DNA of 63,103 bases, filler included, from 6 parts of 6 records of this genome joined end to end with filler, not necessarily neighbours in it, one strand, 5' to 3'. Shown: positions 1-10,300, numbered from the whole stretch's first letter. A program made the numbers and translations. Notes: generated by a model from the sequence alone, not told the origin.

Positions 1-30
1 TTTAAGGCCCCCGGCAGGGTCGCCGAAGGC
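1..30. repeat. Possible tail of a REP-like intergenic palindromic element (truncated by window edge)
   Basis: GC-rich GGCCCCCGGCAGGGTCGCCGAAGGC ending in a GCC-GAA-GGC mini-hairpin just past a stop codon; only the end is visible. Confidence 0.3.
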
Positions 31-38
31 CTATATGC

Positions 39-887
39 TTATTTAGTAAGAGAAGCTGCGATCTTTTCGAGTGATTCGTTGTTCTTGAGGTTAGGATAAG
101 CGTTGTTCATGTATTTGATGATGTCGGCTGCGGAAGAGGTTTGTCCTGCTGCTTTTTTCAGGGATTGCAGATAGTCGACGAGAAAAGCTACGTCTGCCTT
201 GGTGCCTTTTCCGGGAAAATGGGAGCCGACATAGATTTCGTAATTGCCTTGCTGGGCAATTTTTGCGTCAGCCAGAGCACCGTCAATGGATGCTTTGGAA
301 TTGATCAGGTGTTCGGAAACGTGGAACCCTACTGCTGGGGCAAAATGGGTGTAGAGCACTTCTCCGTTGATAGAGATGTTTGAACCGGGCATACCGGGAA
401 CCGCGCTGGGGAAGTACTGATAGGTTACGCCGTCGATGATCAGCTTGGCATTGGCAGCTATTTTTTTATCGTAGGCTGCTGGCTCAAGGTCCATCTGGCC
501 TTTGAAAATTTTGGTGAAGTATTCGACCATACCTTGACCGTGTTCACTGTGCATGAAACCGTCCATGGGTTTGGTTATGACTTTTTCATCGTCATAATTG
601 TTTACACCGCCAGCGTGATAGGAGACGAGTACCGTAGCAAGGGGCTTGTTCAGCTTGGCAGCGTATTCATTGAGTTCGGTGATATTTTTGTTGAAAGCCT
701 GCGGCTCAAGGATGACCAGTTTGTTCTTGGATTCGATGATGAAGGAGACATCGCCCAACGGGTCATCGGATACGTAAGTGTGCAGGGTGAAATCTTTGAA
801 ATAGTTTTTGCTGAAGCTGGTTGCAGCCTGAGCGGAAGCTGCAACAAACAGGACATATAGCAGGGACATAATAATTACTTTTTTCAT
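39..887 (-). CDS. Exported hypothetical protein, probable degenerate metallo-beta-lactamase fold
   Basis: 282 aa; signal peptide ending AQA; SYHAGG and VGSH segments resemble MBL-fold strands, but there is no full HxHxDH. Confidence 0.55.
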   Translation of the reverse strand: MKKVIIMSLLYVLFVAASAQAATSFSKNYFKDFTLHTYVSDDPLGDVSFIIESKNKLVILEPQAFNKNITELNEYAAKLNKPLATVLVSYHAGGVNNYDDEKVITKPMDGFMHSEHGQGMVEYFTKIFKGQMDLEPAAYDKKIAANAKLIIDGVTYQYFPSAVPGMPGSNISINGEVLYTHFAPAVGFHVSEHLINSKASIDGALADAKIAQQGNYEIYVGSHFPGKGTKADVAFLVDYLQSLKKAAGQTSSAADIIKYMNNAYPNLKNNESLEKIAASLTK

Positions 888-1022
888 TTTTAATTCCTTT
901 TTCGATTTTTGATTATTTCAGTCAAAACCAACTGACTGGTATAGTGGAGCAGGAGTGTAATTTTGTGGAGGTGATTTTTAACTGCTTTATGGTACTTTTT
1001 TCTGACAGGATTTTGATCGTTA

Positions 1023-1625
1023 ATGACCAGATTTATTGTTGCCTTGTATCTCATCCTCAGCGGGGCTATTGTGTTCCGTATGATCATCCCATTTGATGTG
1101 GAGCGGGAGTTTTCTCCTTCACAGCGGCATGAAGTTCAGCAGCGTATTAAGGTTGCGGACCGCGAGAGGATTCCGGTTCCCCCGCTTTTCGGTCAGGTTG
1201 CAGAGGAATTTTCCCTGCATCCGGAAATTCTGAATGCCATTGCTGATCATGAAAGCGGATACAATCCATGGGCCTTGAATATTGAAGGGCGAAGCGTGTA
1301 TCCTGATTCCAGGGAAGAAGCCCTTGCCATTATCGAAAAGTACAGAGGTAAGAGTTACGATGTGGGACTTATGCAGGTTAACTCCTATTGGATCAGGAAA
1401 TTTGACCTTAGTCCTGCCGAGGCTTTAGAGCCGGAAGAGAATTTGCGCTTGGGGGCTTGGATTTTGCGGTATTGCCTTGATCGCTATGGTTATAACTGGC
1501 GGGCTATCGGGGCTTACCATACCGGTTCGCCCAAGAATCTGCCGGGACGGTCGCGAGCTTATGCGGTGAAGGTGATGAAGAAATACAATGCGCTGATGAA
1601 AAAATCTGCAGCTGCCGGGAAGTAA
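1023..1625 (+). CDS. Lytic transglycosylase (SLT domain, VirB1/IagB-like)
   Basis: HES catalytic Glu motif, GLMQVNS, AIGAYH; N-terminal hydrophobic anchor. Confidence 0.9.
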   Translation: MTRFIVALYLILSGAIVFRMIIPFDVEREFSPSQRHEVQQRIKVADRERIPVPPLFGQVAEEFSLHPEILNAIADHESGYNPWALNIEGRSVYPDSREEALAIIEKYRGKSYDVGLMQVNSYWIRKFDLSPAEALEPEENLRLGAWILRYCLDRYGYNWRAIGAYHTGSPKNLPGRSRAYAVKVMKKYNALMKKSAAAGK

Positions 1626-1631
1626 TTTTTT

Positions 1632-2117
1632 ATGTCGAATAGTGAATACGTTATTTTCGAGGTTGATTCCTGCAAGTTCGCCCTGCCTTCGGTTGCTGTG
1701 GACCGCGTCGAGCGTGCGGTGATGTTGACCCCGGTGCCTGATGCGCCTGCTCCGGTTCTGGGAGTGGTTAACCGTAGCGGTGATATTGTCCCGGTTCTTG
1801 GTTTGCGGGGTAGGATCGGCGGGGAAGAACGTGACGTAATCCTCAGTGACAGGCTTATTTTCAGCTTTGCCAATGGACGGCGTATGGCTGTGCTGGCCGA
1901 CCGTATTAGTGACGTACTTGAAATTGATAATGACGCTGCTCGTGATGCGGATGAAATCTGGCCCGGAATATCTCTTTTGAAATCTTTTGCCGGACTGGGG
2001 GCTGATGTTGTGTTGGTTCAGGATATGGGCAAATTCCTTGATCCGGAACAGGAGCTGGATTTATTTGCAGCTATAGCAGCAATGAATGAAGCGGAGGATT
2101 CCGCAGCTGATGATTAA
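1632..2117 (+). CDS. cheW: CheW adaptor (WspB-like)
   Basis: LTPVPDAPAPVLGVVNRSGDIVPV CheW signature. Confidence 0.9.
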   Translation: MSNSEYVIFEVDSCKFALPSVAVDRVERAVMLTPVPDAPAPVLGVVNRSGDIVPVLGLRGRIGGEERDVILSDRLIFSFANGRRMAVLADRISDVLEIDNDAARDADEIWPGISLLKSFAGLGADVVLVQDMGKFLDPEQELDLFAAIAAMNEAEDSAADD

Positions 2118-3663
2118 TTTTCTGACTGATGACAGGATTAGCGAACTGGCGGACATGGTCCGTGACAGGTTCGGCCTGAATTTTGCCTCGGAAAGGTGGA
2201 AGGATCTACGTAGCGCAGTAGTCCGTTTTCAGAGGGAAGATTCATCATTTAGGACTCCTGCTGAGTGTCTTGATTACATTCTTTCTCCCACTGTTGGAAA
2301 TGAGGATCTTGAGCAGTTTATCAACAGGCTTACTATCGGCGAGACATTTTTCTTTCGTGATGCCAATGCCCTCAGAGTTCTGGAATATGAAATTCTGCGT
2401 AAATTGGGCGGTAGAGGGAGTGGGTTGAATGGGGCTGTCAGGGTCTGGTCCGCGGCTTGTTCTACTGGTGAAGAGCCGTATACCATTGCCATGATCTGTC
2501 GCAGGTCCGGGCTTAGCGCAGAAATTTTCGGTACTGATATTGATAGTAAAGCTTTGCTCAAAGCCCGTGAAGGGTGCTACCGCAAGTGGTCCTTCCGTTC
2601 AGAGGATACTGGCTTCAGGGATATTTTTTTTCGTAAGGTCGGTTCCAACTCATTTCTTCTTGATTCATCCATTAAGAGGATGGTCAATCTTTCCCGTTTG
2701 AATCTCATGGACGCTGCTGTTCCTGTGACATTGCAGGATATGGACGTCATTCTCTGCCGTAATGTGCTCATGTATTTCTCCTCTGAGGGAGTCAGCTCTG
2801 TGCTCGACAAATTATGGGATTGCTTGACTCCAGGGGGGTGGCTTATTGCTACGCCCAGTGAATCTGGGCTGCTTAGCAGTCATGGACGCTTTGAACCAGT
2901 GAATATTGGCGGAGTCCTTCTGTACCGGAAGAATGAAGATTATGAGCCGCAATGCCAGATGGCGTTTGATGGGTTCAGATTTCGGGATGAACCAAAAGAT
3001 TCAGGAACATCAGCTACAGAACAGTTTGATTTTAAAGCGCAATTGGAGTCTACTTCGGTTGATAATTTTGATTTTCCATTTGACGAGCCGGAAATTCCTG
3101 AGCCGAAGATTGAAGTTGTGCCTGATCCGCCTTTCTTGTCGACAGCGGTTAATGATGGAGCGACTTTGCTTAAGCAGGCTGAAGAATTGCGAATGCATGG
3201 GGATACCTTTGAGGCTGTGTCCGTATATAAAAGAGTGGCTGAGCAGGAGAATCCAAGGGAGATCAGAGCCGCTGCTTTTCTGGGAATTGCCGGGATCAAG
3301 GCTGATTCCGGTTTAGCCGATGAAGCCGCTCAGTGGTGCTCTAAGGCTCTTGAACTGGACCGGGTTTCTCCTTGTGCCCATTTTCTGCTTGGGCAGATTT
3401 ATTTTCAGCTGGGCGATCTGGATACGGCTTTAGCCCATATGCGTAACGCTGTTTTTCTGGATAGTGAATTTATCATGGCTCATTTTCTGCTCGGTAATAT
3501 ATATATGGAAAACAATGATAGGAATGGGGCGATAAGGCATTTTCGTATCTCCATGCAGGTACTGGAGAAAATGGAGCAGGATGAATCTGTTCCCTGCTCA
3601 GACGGTACAACAGCCGGTCGGTTGATGGAGATGGTACGCTTGGTTCAGCAGCAGTTGGTTTAG
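2110..3663 (+). CDS. cheR: CheR methyltransferase with C-terminal TPRs (WspC-like)
   Basis: TIGETFFFRD, WSAACSTGEEPYT, DVILCRNVLMYF; TPR helices at C-terminus; ATG 2110 overlaps the end of cheW. Confidence 0.92.
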   Translation: MINFLTDDRISELADMVRDRFGLNFASERWKDLRSAVVRFQREDSSFRTPAECLDYILSPTVGNEDLEQFINRLTIGETFFFRDANALRVLEYEILRKLGGRGSGLNGAVRVWSAACSTGEEPYTIAMICRRSGLSAEIFGTDIDSKALLKAREGCYRKWSFRSEDTGFRDIFFRKVGSNSFLLDSSIKRMVNLSRLNLMDAAVPVTLQDMDVILCRNVLMYFSSEGVSSVLDKLWDCLTPGGWLIATPSESGLLSSHGRFEPVNIGGVLLYRKNEDYEPQCQMAFDGFRFRDEPKDSGTSATEQFDFKAQLESTSVDNFDFPFDEPEIPEPKIEVVPDPPFLSTAVNDGATLLKQAEELRMHGDTFEAVSVYKRVAEQENPREIRAAAFLGIAGIKADSGLADEAAQWCSKALELDRVSPCAHFLLGQIYFQLGDLDTALAHMRNAVFLDSEFIMAHFLLGNIYMENNDRNGAIRHFRISMQVLEKMEQDESVPCSDGTTAGRLMEMVRLVQQQLV

Positions 3664-3687
3664 TCGTATTTGACCAGAGGTGGGATA

Positions 3688-4266
3688 ATGGAAAGTAATA
3701 CCTTGGATTATTTCAAACGTGAAAGTGATAGGGAACTTCTTCGCAGAAGAGCGGAAAAGCTGGCCTTGAAGATTTCTGCTGAAACAACTGAAGAGGGCCA
3801 AAAGTCCGGCGCGCGGGAATATGTTTTTTTCCGTATGGGACCCCATACCTACGGTCTTGAGACCTCTGTGGTCAAAGAAGTAATGATCCCCGAAGAGATT
3901 GTTTCTGTCCCGTGTACCCCTGATTTTCATCTTGGGGTTATGAGTGTTCGCGGTCATCTCTGGGCAGTAGTTGATTTGTGCGTTTTCCTTGGAACCGGGG
4001 AGAAGCTTGAGTCGGAGAAGCCCGGTGTCGTCCTGCTGGCGGATGAGGAAACGGAATTCGGTATCGCAGTTGATGAGGTAGCCGGGGTACTTTCTGTTGC
4101 GGATGCAGATATAAAACCTCTGCCTGGTGGTGAAAATCAGCTGACCGGCTTCAGTCTCGGACTTACCGAGGATCGTAAGATAGTTCTTAACGGTGCTGTC
4201 TTGTTGCGGGAAGAATCGTTTACCGTCAATGAGTTTGTAGGCGGTAATCAGCACGGCCTGTCTTAA
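3688..4266 (+). CDS. cheW: Second CheW adaptor (WspD-like)
   Basis: LLRRRAEKLA leader; VPCTPDFHLGVMSVRGHLWAVVDL. Confidence 0.9.
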   Translation: MESNTLDYFKRESDRELLRRRAEKLALKISAETTEEGQKSGAREYVFFRMGPHTYGLETSVVKEVMIPEEIVSVPCTPDFHLGVMSVRGHLWAVVDLCVFLGTGEKLESEKPGVVLLADEETEFGIAVDEVAGVLSVADADIKPLPGGENQLTGFSLGLTEDRKIVLNGAVLLREESFTVNEFVGGNQHGLS

Positions 4267-4286
4267 CGGGAACACGGAGAGTTGAT

Positions 4287-6617
4287 GTGGGTATGATTGA
4301 CGGCGATCTCATGCAAAGACTGTTAGCTGCGTTCAGGGGGGAAAGCGCTGATCGCATGCGGGTTCTTTCCACTGATTTTATGAGGTTGGAAGCAGGGTGC
4401 GGCAAAGAAGAGCTTGCGGCGGTGATAGAGTCTTCTTATCGGGAGCTTCATAGCCTGAAGGGTGCGGCAAGAGCTGTCGGCCTTGGGATGGTTGAAGAAT
4501 TTTGTCAGACATTTGAGTCTTTTTTTGCGGTGCTGAAAAAAGACGGGCTGGTTCCTTCAAGCAGGATTTGTTCAATTATGCTGGGCTGGCTCGATTTGCT
4601 GGAAGATATGCTCCGCGATGAAGATGATTCTCCGGATTTTAAAGTTTCACCGCAGGTTCAACTGGCAATTGCCCGCATGAAAGAACTGGCAGATTCCCCT
4701 CAGCAGATTGAAGCGGAAGGGGGGGGGCTGGGGCATGACAAAGAAGTCTTTGCGGAAAAGGAAAATTTAGATGTTTCCAGTGAAGTGGACAGTATCGAAT
4801 TTGAAAGCGCTAGGGATGGTGTCGAGCATGATAATGATATCGAATCTGTCGACCAGCACAGACAAGAAAGTGCTTCTAATCCTACTTCCATGGGTGATAA
4901 TGTCAGAATAAGTTCTTCCTTTCTGACTGGTCTCCTTTTGCAGACAGAAGAGTTGATTTCTTCCCGAAATTCACAGCGCAACCGAGTGCAGGACATTTCG
5001 GAAATCGATACGCTTCTGAGGGAATTTAAAATGTTTTTCCATGAGTCGCAGGATAAACGGATTGATTCCTTTTCTGATGAAGAGCTGAAGTTGAATGCTC
5101 TTATGGATAAAAAACTGGATGATCTTAACAGACGTTTCAATGCGCTGGAAATATCGGCCCGACGTGCTGAGCGTGATCTTACTTCCAAGATTGATTCTCT
5201 TCTTGGTGATTTCAAAAATTCCATGTTGCTGCCTTTTTCTTCTTTGCTGGATGTGTTTCCACGTATGGTCCGGACACTGAGTCTGGAGCAGGGCAAAGAA
5301 TGCAGGATGGAGAGCAGTGGGGAAAATGTTCGTATTGACCGCAGAATTCTTGAAATGCTGCACGATCCGCTTATGCATATGATGCGTAACTCCATTGATC
5401 ACGGCATTGAGAACAGGGAAGCCAGAACTGCCGCAGGCAAGGACCCTGTGGGCAGGATATTTTTTTCCATTACCCAGACAGATCGAGACGTGGTCAAGAT
5501 TGTTTACGGCGATGATGGCCGGGGAATTGATCTGAATCGTTTGAAGGCGGTTGCGGTCAGCCGTGGGATCGTTTCTGTTGACGAAGCTGAGAAAATGGAC
5601 CGACGCGCCGCACTGGAGTTGGTCTTTATTTCCGGCATGTCCACCAGCGAGATTATAACCGATATCTCAGGGCGTGGATTGGGCATGGCTATTGTGCGTG
5701 ATAAAGTGGAGTCACTTGGTGGCAGTGTCGTGCTCGCCAGCCCTGCGGGTAAAGGGTTTAGGGTGATTTTGAATATCCCTGTGGCTTTGACATCATTCCG
5801 GGGGATAGTTGTCGGGGTTGGGGAGAAATGTTTTGTGGTCCCCAAATCAGGGGTGCGCAAGGTTATGTTGGTACGGCAGGATGATATTGTTACAACAGGG
5901 GTAAAGGAAACTGTTTTTGTTTTTGGCAGACCACACCCTCTGGTTAGTCTTGCAGATATTCTTGAATTGGGAAGCCAGAATAAACAAAGTCAGGCTTTTC
6001 CTGTTCTGATTGTAGGTAAGGGTAGCAAGGCCGTAGCCATCAGTGTTGATGGACTGTCTGGTGAGCAGGATGTGATGGCTAAGAGCATGGGGCCTTTACT
6101 CAAAAGAGTGCGCAATGTTTCTGGGTTTTCTATGCTCGGTTCAGGAGAGCTTGTTCCTATCCTCCATACACCGGATATGGCTCGTACCGCACTGGGAATG
6201 CATGTCGCTGGCAGAAGCAGGGCCGTTGTGCACAGGCAGGGAGTTCAGGAACGCAAGACTGTGCTTGTGGCTGAGGACTCCATTACCTCGCGTATGTTGC
6301 TTAAAAATGTCCTGGAAGCTGCCGGGTACAATGTGGTTACTGCTGTTAACGGTCTTGATGCTTTGCAGAAAATAGAATCATCACTACCGGATATTTTGGT
6401 TTCAGATGTTGAAATGCCCCAGATGGATGGCTTTACCTTGACGGCAAAAGTCCGGAAAATGGACAAAAGTTCGAGTTTGCCCATCATTCTTGTTACCTCC
6501 CTTGGTTCGCCTGAGGACCGGGAGCGTGGCGTTGATGCTGGTGCGGATGCTTATATTATTAAGTCCAATTTTGATCAGGGCAATTTGTTGGAGGTAATCG
6601 GGCGTTTAGTTGGGTGA
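4287..6617 (+). CDS. cheA: Hybrid CheA histidine kinase with C-terminal receiver (WspE-like)
   Basis: Hpt HSLKGAAR, HMMRNSIDHGIE, DDGRG, SGRGLGM, CheW domain, REC with SDVEMP. Confidence 0.93.
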   Translation: MGMIDGDLMQRLLAAFRGESADRMRVLSTDFMRLEAGCGKEELAAVIESSYRELHSLKGAARAVGLGMVEEFCQTFESFFAVLKKDGLVPSSRICSIMLGWLDLLEDMLRDEDDSPDFKVSPQVQLAIARMKELADSPQQIEAEGGGLGHDKEVFAEKENLDVSSEVDSIEFESARDGVEHDNDIESVDQHRQESASNPTSMGDNVRISSSFLTGLLLQTEELISSRNSQRNRVQDISEIDTLLREFKMFFHESQDKRIDSFSDEELKLNALMDKKLDDLNRRFNALEISARRAERDLTSKIDSLLGDFKNSMLLPFSSLLDVFPRMVRTLSLEQGKECRMESSGENVRIDRRILEMLHDPLMHMMRNSIDHGIENREARTAAGKDPVGRIFFSITQTDRDVVKIVYGDDGRGIDLNRLKAVAVSRGIVSVDEAEKMDRRAALELVFISGMSTSEIITDISGRGLGMAIVRDKVESLGGSVVLASPAGKGFRVILNIPVALTSFRGIVVGVGEKCFVVPKSGVRKVMLVRQDDIVTTGVKETVFVFGRPHPLVSLADILELGSQNKQSQAFPVLIVGKGSKAVAISVDGLSGEQDVMAKSMGPLLKRVRNVSGFSMLGSGELVPILHTPDMARTALGMHVAGRSRAVVHRQGVQERKTVLVAEDSITSRMLLKNVLEAAGYNVVTAVNGLDALQKIESSLPDILVSDVEMPQMDGFTLTAKVRKMDKSSSLPIILVTSLGSPEDRERGVDAGADAYIIKSNFDQGNLLEVIGRLVG

Positions 6618-6750
6618 TATTTGTTTAACTAAAGGTAAGTTCTACGGTTATTTGTGATATTGCATTACTAATTTTGCGCGTCGGATAATTAGCGTGTAAA
6701 TGATAGCCCCGGATGTGGATATTTTAGAGTGATTTAATTGGAGTGGGTAA

Positions 6751-7818
6751 GTGATTAAGGTTTTGATCGTGGATGACTCGGCATCTGTACGCACTTTGTT
6801 TGCGGAGATGTTTAAGCGAGAGCAGGATTTTGAAGTGGTCGGCTGTGCCGAGGACGGCTACTCTGCATTGCATATGGTCCGGGAGTTGAGACCGGACGTG
6901 GTCACCATGGATGTAAACCTTCCTGATTGCGATGGATTCCGGGTCACCAGAATGATCATGGAAGAAAATCCGACCCCTATTGTGGTTGTTAGTGCCATAT
7001 ACCGGGCCTCGGATGCTGAAATAGGTTTTCGCCTTATTGATACCGGAGCGTTGGCTTTTCACAACAAACCAGCACTGAAAGATGATAATTTTGAAGAGCA
7101 GATGCAGGATATCATTGTCTCGGCTCGTTTGATGTCAGAAGTCAAGGTTGTCCGTCGCAAAACCCGGTTCAGCAGCAAAGGCATTCTGGCTTCAGTCACC
7201 CCGCTAGAACCTATATCCCGCCCGGAATCCTCTTCCGGGAGAGGGAAGGTCATCTGTATCGGGGCTTCGACCGGTGGTCCACAGGCCATAAAACAGATTC
7301 TTATGTCAGTGCCGCAGGGCTTTCCAGTCCCCATACTCATTGTTCAGCATATGTCTGAAGGTTTTACCGAGGGGATGGTCAACTGGCTGAAAAACAATAC
7401 CGGGCATGATATCAGGGTTGCTGCCCATGATGATGAGTTGAAGCCCGGAGTTGTTTATTTTGCTCCTGAGGGCCTACATATGGAAGTCTCGGCACAAAGA
7501 CGCATCGTTCTTACTGATGCGCCTAAGATTAATGGTATCAAGCCCTCGGCATCTATTCTTTTTAACTCCATTGCTCGCAATATAGGCCGATCTGCTGTCG
7601 GGGTGTTATTGACCGGAATGGGGCGGGACGGTGCTGACGGACTGCTTGAGATAAGACGTAATGGCGGCTACACTATCGCTCAAGATAAAGAGAGCTCAAT
7701 TGTTTTTGGTATGCCCGGAGAGGCGGTAAAGATCGGTGGTGCTGTTTCTGTTTTGCCGCTTGATAGTATTGGGGGGGAGCTTTGCAGGATTTTTTTGGGA
7801 TTGCTGGAGGATAAGTAG
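6751..7818 (+). CDS. cheB: CheB methylesterase/response regulator (WspF-like)
   Basis: REC domain; catalytic GASTGG, VQHM and GMGRDG intact. Confidence 0.95.
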   Translation: MIKVLIVDDSASVRTLFAEMFKREQDFEVVGCAEDGYSALHMVRELRPDVVTMDVNLPDCDGFRVTRMIMEENPTPIVVVSAIYRASDAEIGFRLIDTGALAFHNKPALKDDNFEEQMQDIIVSARLMSEVKVVRRKTRFSSKGILASVTPLEPISRPESSSGRGKVICIGASTGGPQAIKQILMSVPQGFPVPILIVQHMSEGFTEGMVNWLKNNTGHDIRVAAHDDELKPGVVYFAPEGLHMEVSAQRRIVLTDAPKINGIKPSASILFNSIARNIGRSAVGVLLTGMGRDGADGLLEIRRNGGYTIAQDKESSIVFGMPGEAVKIGGAVSVLPLDSIGGELCRIFLGLLEDK

Positions 7819-10286
7819 TGGGAAGCAATCATATTTTGGTCGTGGAGGATAGCCTGACTCAGGCGGTTAAGCTGGAATATATCCTATTTGAGAAAGGATT
7901 CAAGGTTTCCCTTGTTTCCAATGGCGAGAATGCCCTTCAACTTTTGGAGGACAAGGAAGTTGATCTGGTTATCAGTGATGTGGTCATGCCCGGAATGGAT
8001 GGCTATGAACTGTGTGAAAAGATCAGGATGAATTCGCGCTATAAGGATGTTCCGGTCATTTTGCTGACCAGTCTTTCCGAGCCCGGGGATATTATTAAAG
8101 GGCTTAAGAGCGGGGCTACCAATTTCGTAACCAAACCTTATGATGAAGGTTTTTTGATCTCACGTATTGAGTCGGTTCTTAAGAATAAATATTTTGATTC
8201 AGAGAGTTCCACTGTACAAGAAGTGGATTTTGAGTTTCAGGGAGACAAACATGTTCTTAAGGCTGATTTCAGTCAGGTCTTCCATTTATTACTTGCCACA
8301 TATGAGAACACTCTTCTGCAATCTCGACAGCTTGATGTAGCCAACCGGAAATTGCTTGCTCGTGAGGAACAGCTTAGTTCCGTACTGGCCTCTATGTCCG
8401 CTAAAATTGCCGTGCTGGATACGGATATGAAGGTTATAGCTGCCAATGATTCATGGCGGGATATTTTCTTACCCGGAACAAGCGAAGAAGCTTTGGATGG
8501 AATTGATTTCCAGGATGCTGTTTTTTCTTCAGGTTGTTTGCGTGGCTCCCTAAATGAATTGGTTAATGGGGTTCGATCCGTGGCGGAAGGGAAGAACCGG
8601 AAGTTTTCTTACGAATATTCTTTTGAGCAGGATGGCGAGTCTCGCTGGTATTTGCTGGAGACAACTCCTATGCAAGGGGAGTCCGGTGGTGCTGTCGCTT
8701 CGTTTATTGAGATCACTGAGCGTAAAGAGATGGAACGGGAGATCATCAAGGCCCGTGATGTCGCAGAGAAGGCCAACCGGTTCAAATCACGTTTTCTGGC
8801 TTCCATGAGCCACGAGATTCGTACACCGCTTAATGCCATAATTGGCTTGACTGATCTTACCTTACGTTCCGAACTTTCATCAAAACAGACTGAAGATCTT
8901 GAATTGGTTAAGGTTTCCGCTGATCAGCTGTTGAACCTGATTAATGATATCCTTGATCTTTCCAAGGTCGAGGCCCGCATGCTCAAGCTGGAAGAGACTG
9001 ATTTCAGTCTGGTCGAGGCTATGCATGGTGTGGTCAGAAGTATGGAACAGCAGGCCAGGGATAAAGGATTGGCTTTAAACATTGAAGTTGATGCGGATGT
9101 TCCTGAGGCTGTTTGTGGAGATCAGGTCCGGTTGAAGCAGATTTTATATAACCTTATTGGTAATTCCATTAAATTCACCGAACATGGCGGTGTTTTTGTA
9201 CAAGTCAGCAAACTTGAGGATCGTAAGGATTCGGGTGAAGCTGTGGTTCAGGTTTCAGTTCGTGATACTGGAATCGGAATTCCTGACGAAAAACAGAGTA
9301 TTGTTTTTGAGAGTTTCCGTCAGGCAGATGACTCGACTACCCGAAAATTTGGGGGAACTGGACTGGGGCTTGCGATCTCCCGAGAGCTGGTCGAGATGAT
9401 GGGCGGCCGGATCGGAGTCAAGAGTTCTGAAGGCTTCGGTAGTGTTTTTTCTTTTCATGTGGTCCTCAAGTATGGTGATTCCGGGAAACTTGTTGCTGGG
9501 CAAAGCGTTGACAGCGTCCATAAATCTTCAGCGGCCCCGGCTGAATATTCCATACTTTTGGTTGAGGATAATCCCATCAATGTGCTTGTCGCCACAAGTT
9601 TGCTGGAGAAGATGGGGCATTCTGTGGAAGTGGCCTCCAATGGTCTGGAAGCGGTCAGCATGCTTTCCGGTCTTGATGTAGATCTTGTGCTTATGGATCT
9701 GGAAATGCCTGAAATGGATGGCTTCAGTGCTTCAATGAGTATCCGTAGCGGGAAAGCAGGTGATTCTGCCCGCAATGTTCCGATTGTTGCAATGTCCGCT
9801 CATGCCATGGCCGGGGTCAAGGATGAGTGTGCTAAGGCTGGTATGAATGATTATATTGCCAAGCCTGTGCAATATGTGGCCCTGCGGGAAGTTATTCTTC
9901 GGACCATGAGCGGTAAGTCGGTTGCCCCCGTAGTTATCCCTGTTCCGGCTTCAACAGATGAAAAGGTTATAGATCCTGATAAGGCGCAGGCCTTGTATCA
10001 AGGGGACAGTTCCCTATATAATGAGTTGTGCTCCATGTTCATGAATGACGTGTCCGGTGATATTGTAAAATTCAAGGAAGCACGTGAAAGTAACAAGATT
10101 TCTGTAGCCAAGAGGATCGTCCATACCTTGAAGAGCAGTTGCGCGGCTATTTGTGCCCCGCGAGCAAGGGATGCTGCAGTGCAGCTTGAGAAGGCTCTGA
10201 TTAATGAAGATGCCCAAGCGGTGGAAGAATGTCTTGCCAGATTTGAGAATGAGGCGACTAGAGTGTGTGATGAGTTGACAGAATAG
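7818..10286 (+). CDS. Hybrid sensor kinase REC-PAS-HisKA-HATPase-REC-HPt
   Basis: SHEIRTPLN, NLIGNSIKFT, GGTGLGL, two REC domains, C-terminal HTLKSS HPt; GTG start overlaps the cheB stop. Confidence 0.92.
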   Translation: MGSNHILVVEDSLTQAVKLEYILFEKGFKVSLVSNGENALQLLEDKEVDLVISDVVMPGMDGYELCEKIRMNSRYKDVPVILLTSLSEPGDIIKGLKSGATNFVTKPYDEGFLISRIESVLKNKYFDSESSTVQEVDFEFQGDKHVLKADFSQVFHLLLATYENTLLQSRQLDVANRKLLAREEQLSSVLASMSAKIAVLDTDMKVIAANDSWRDIFLPGTSEEALDGIDFQDAVFSSGCLRGSLNELVNGVRSVAEGKNRKFSYEYSFEQDGESRWYLLETTPMQGESGGAVASFIEITERKEMEREIIKARDVAEKANRFKSRFLASMSHEIRTPLNAIIGLTDLTLRSELSSKQTEDLELVKVSADQLLNLINDILDLSKVEARMLKLEETDFSLVEAMHGVVRSMEQQARDKGLALNIEVDADVPEAVCGDQVRLKQILYNLIGNSIKFTEHGGVFVQVSKLEDRKDSGEAVVQVSVRDTGIGIPDEKQSIVFESFRQADDSTTRKFGGTGLGLAISRELVEMMGGRIGVKSSEGFGSVFSFHVVLKYGDSGKLVAGQSVDSVHKSSAAPAEYSILLVEDNPINVLVATSLLEKMGHSVEVASNGLEAVSMLSGLDVDLVLMDLEMPEMDGFSASMSIRSGKAGDSARNVPIVAMSAHAMAGVKDECAKAGMNDYIAKPVQYVALREVILRTMSGKSVAPVVIPVPASTDEKVIDPDKAQALYQGDSSLYNELCSMFMNDVSGDIVKFKEARESNKISVAKRIVHTLKSSCAAICAPRARDAAVQLEKALINEDAQAVEECLARFENEATRVCDELTE

Positions 10287-10300
10287 CAGGATTTATATTT

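Noticed and set aside
3598..5402. Long minus-strand ORFs inside cheW/cheA
   Set aside because: Antisense to well-supported genes; no recognisable domains
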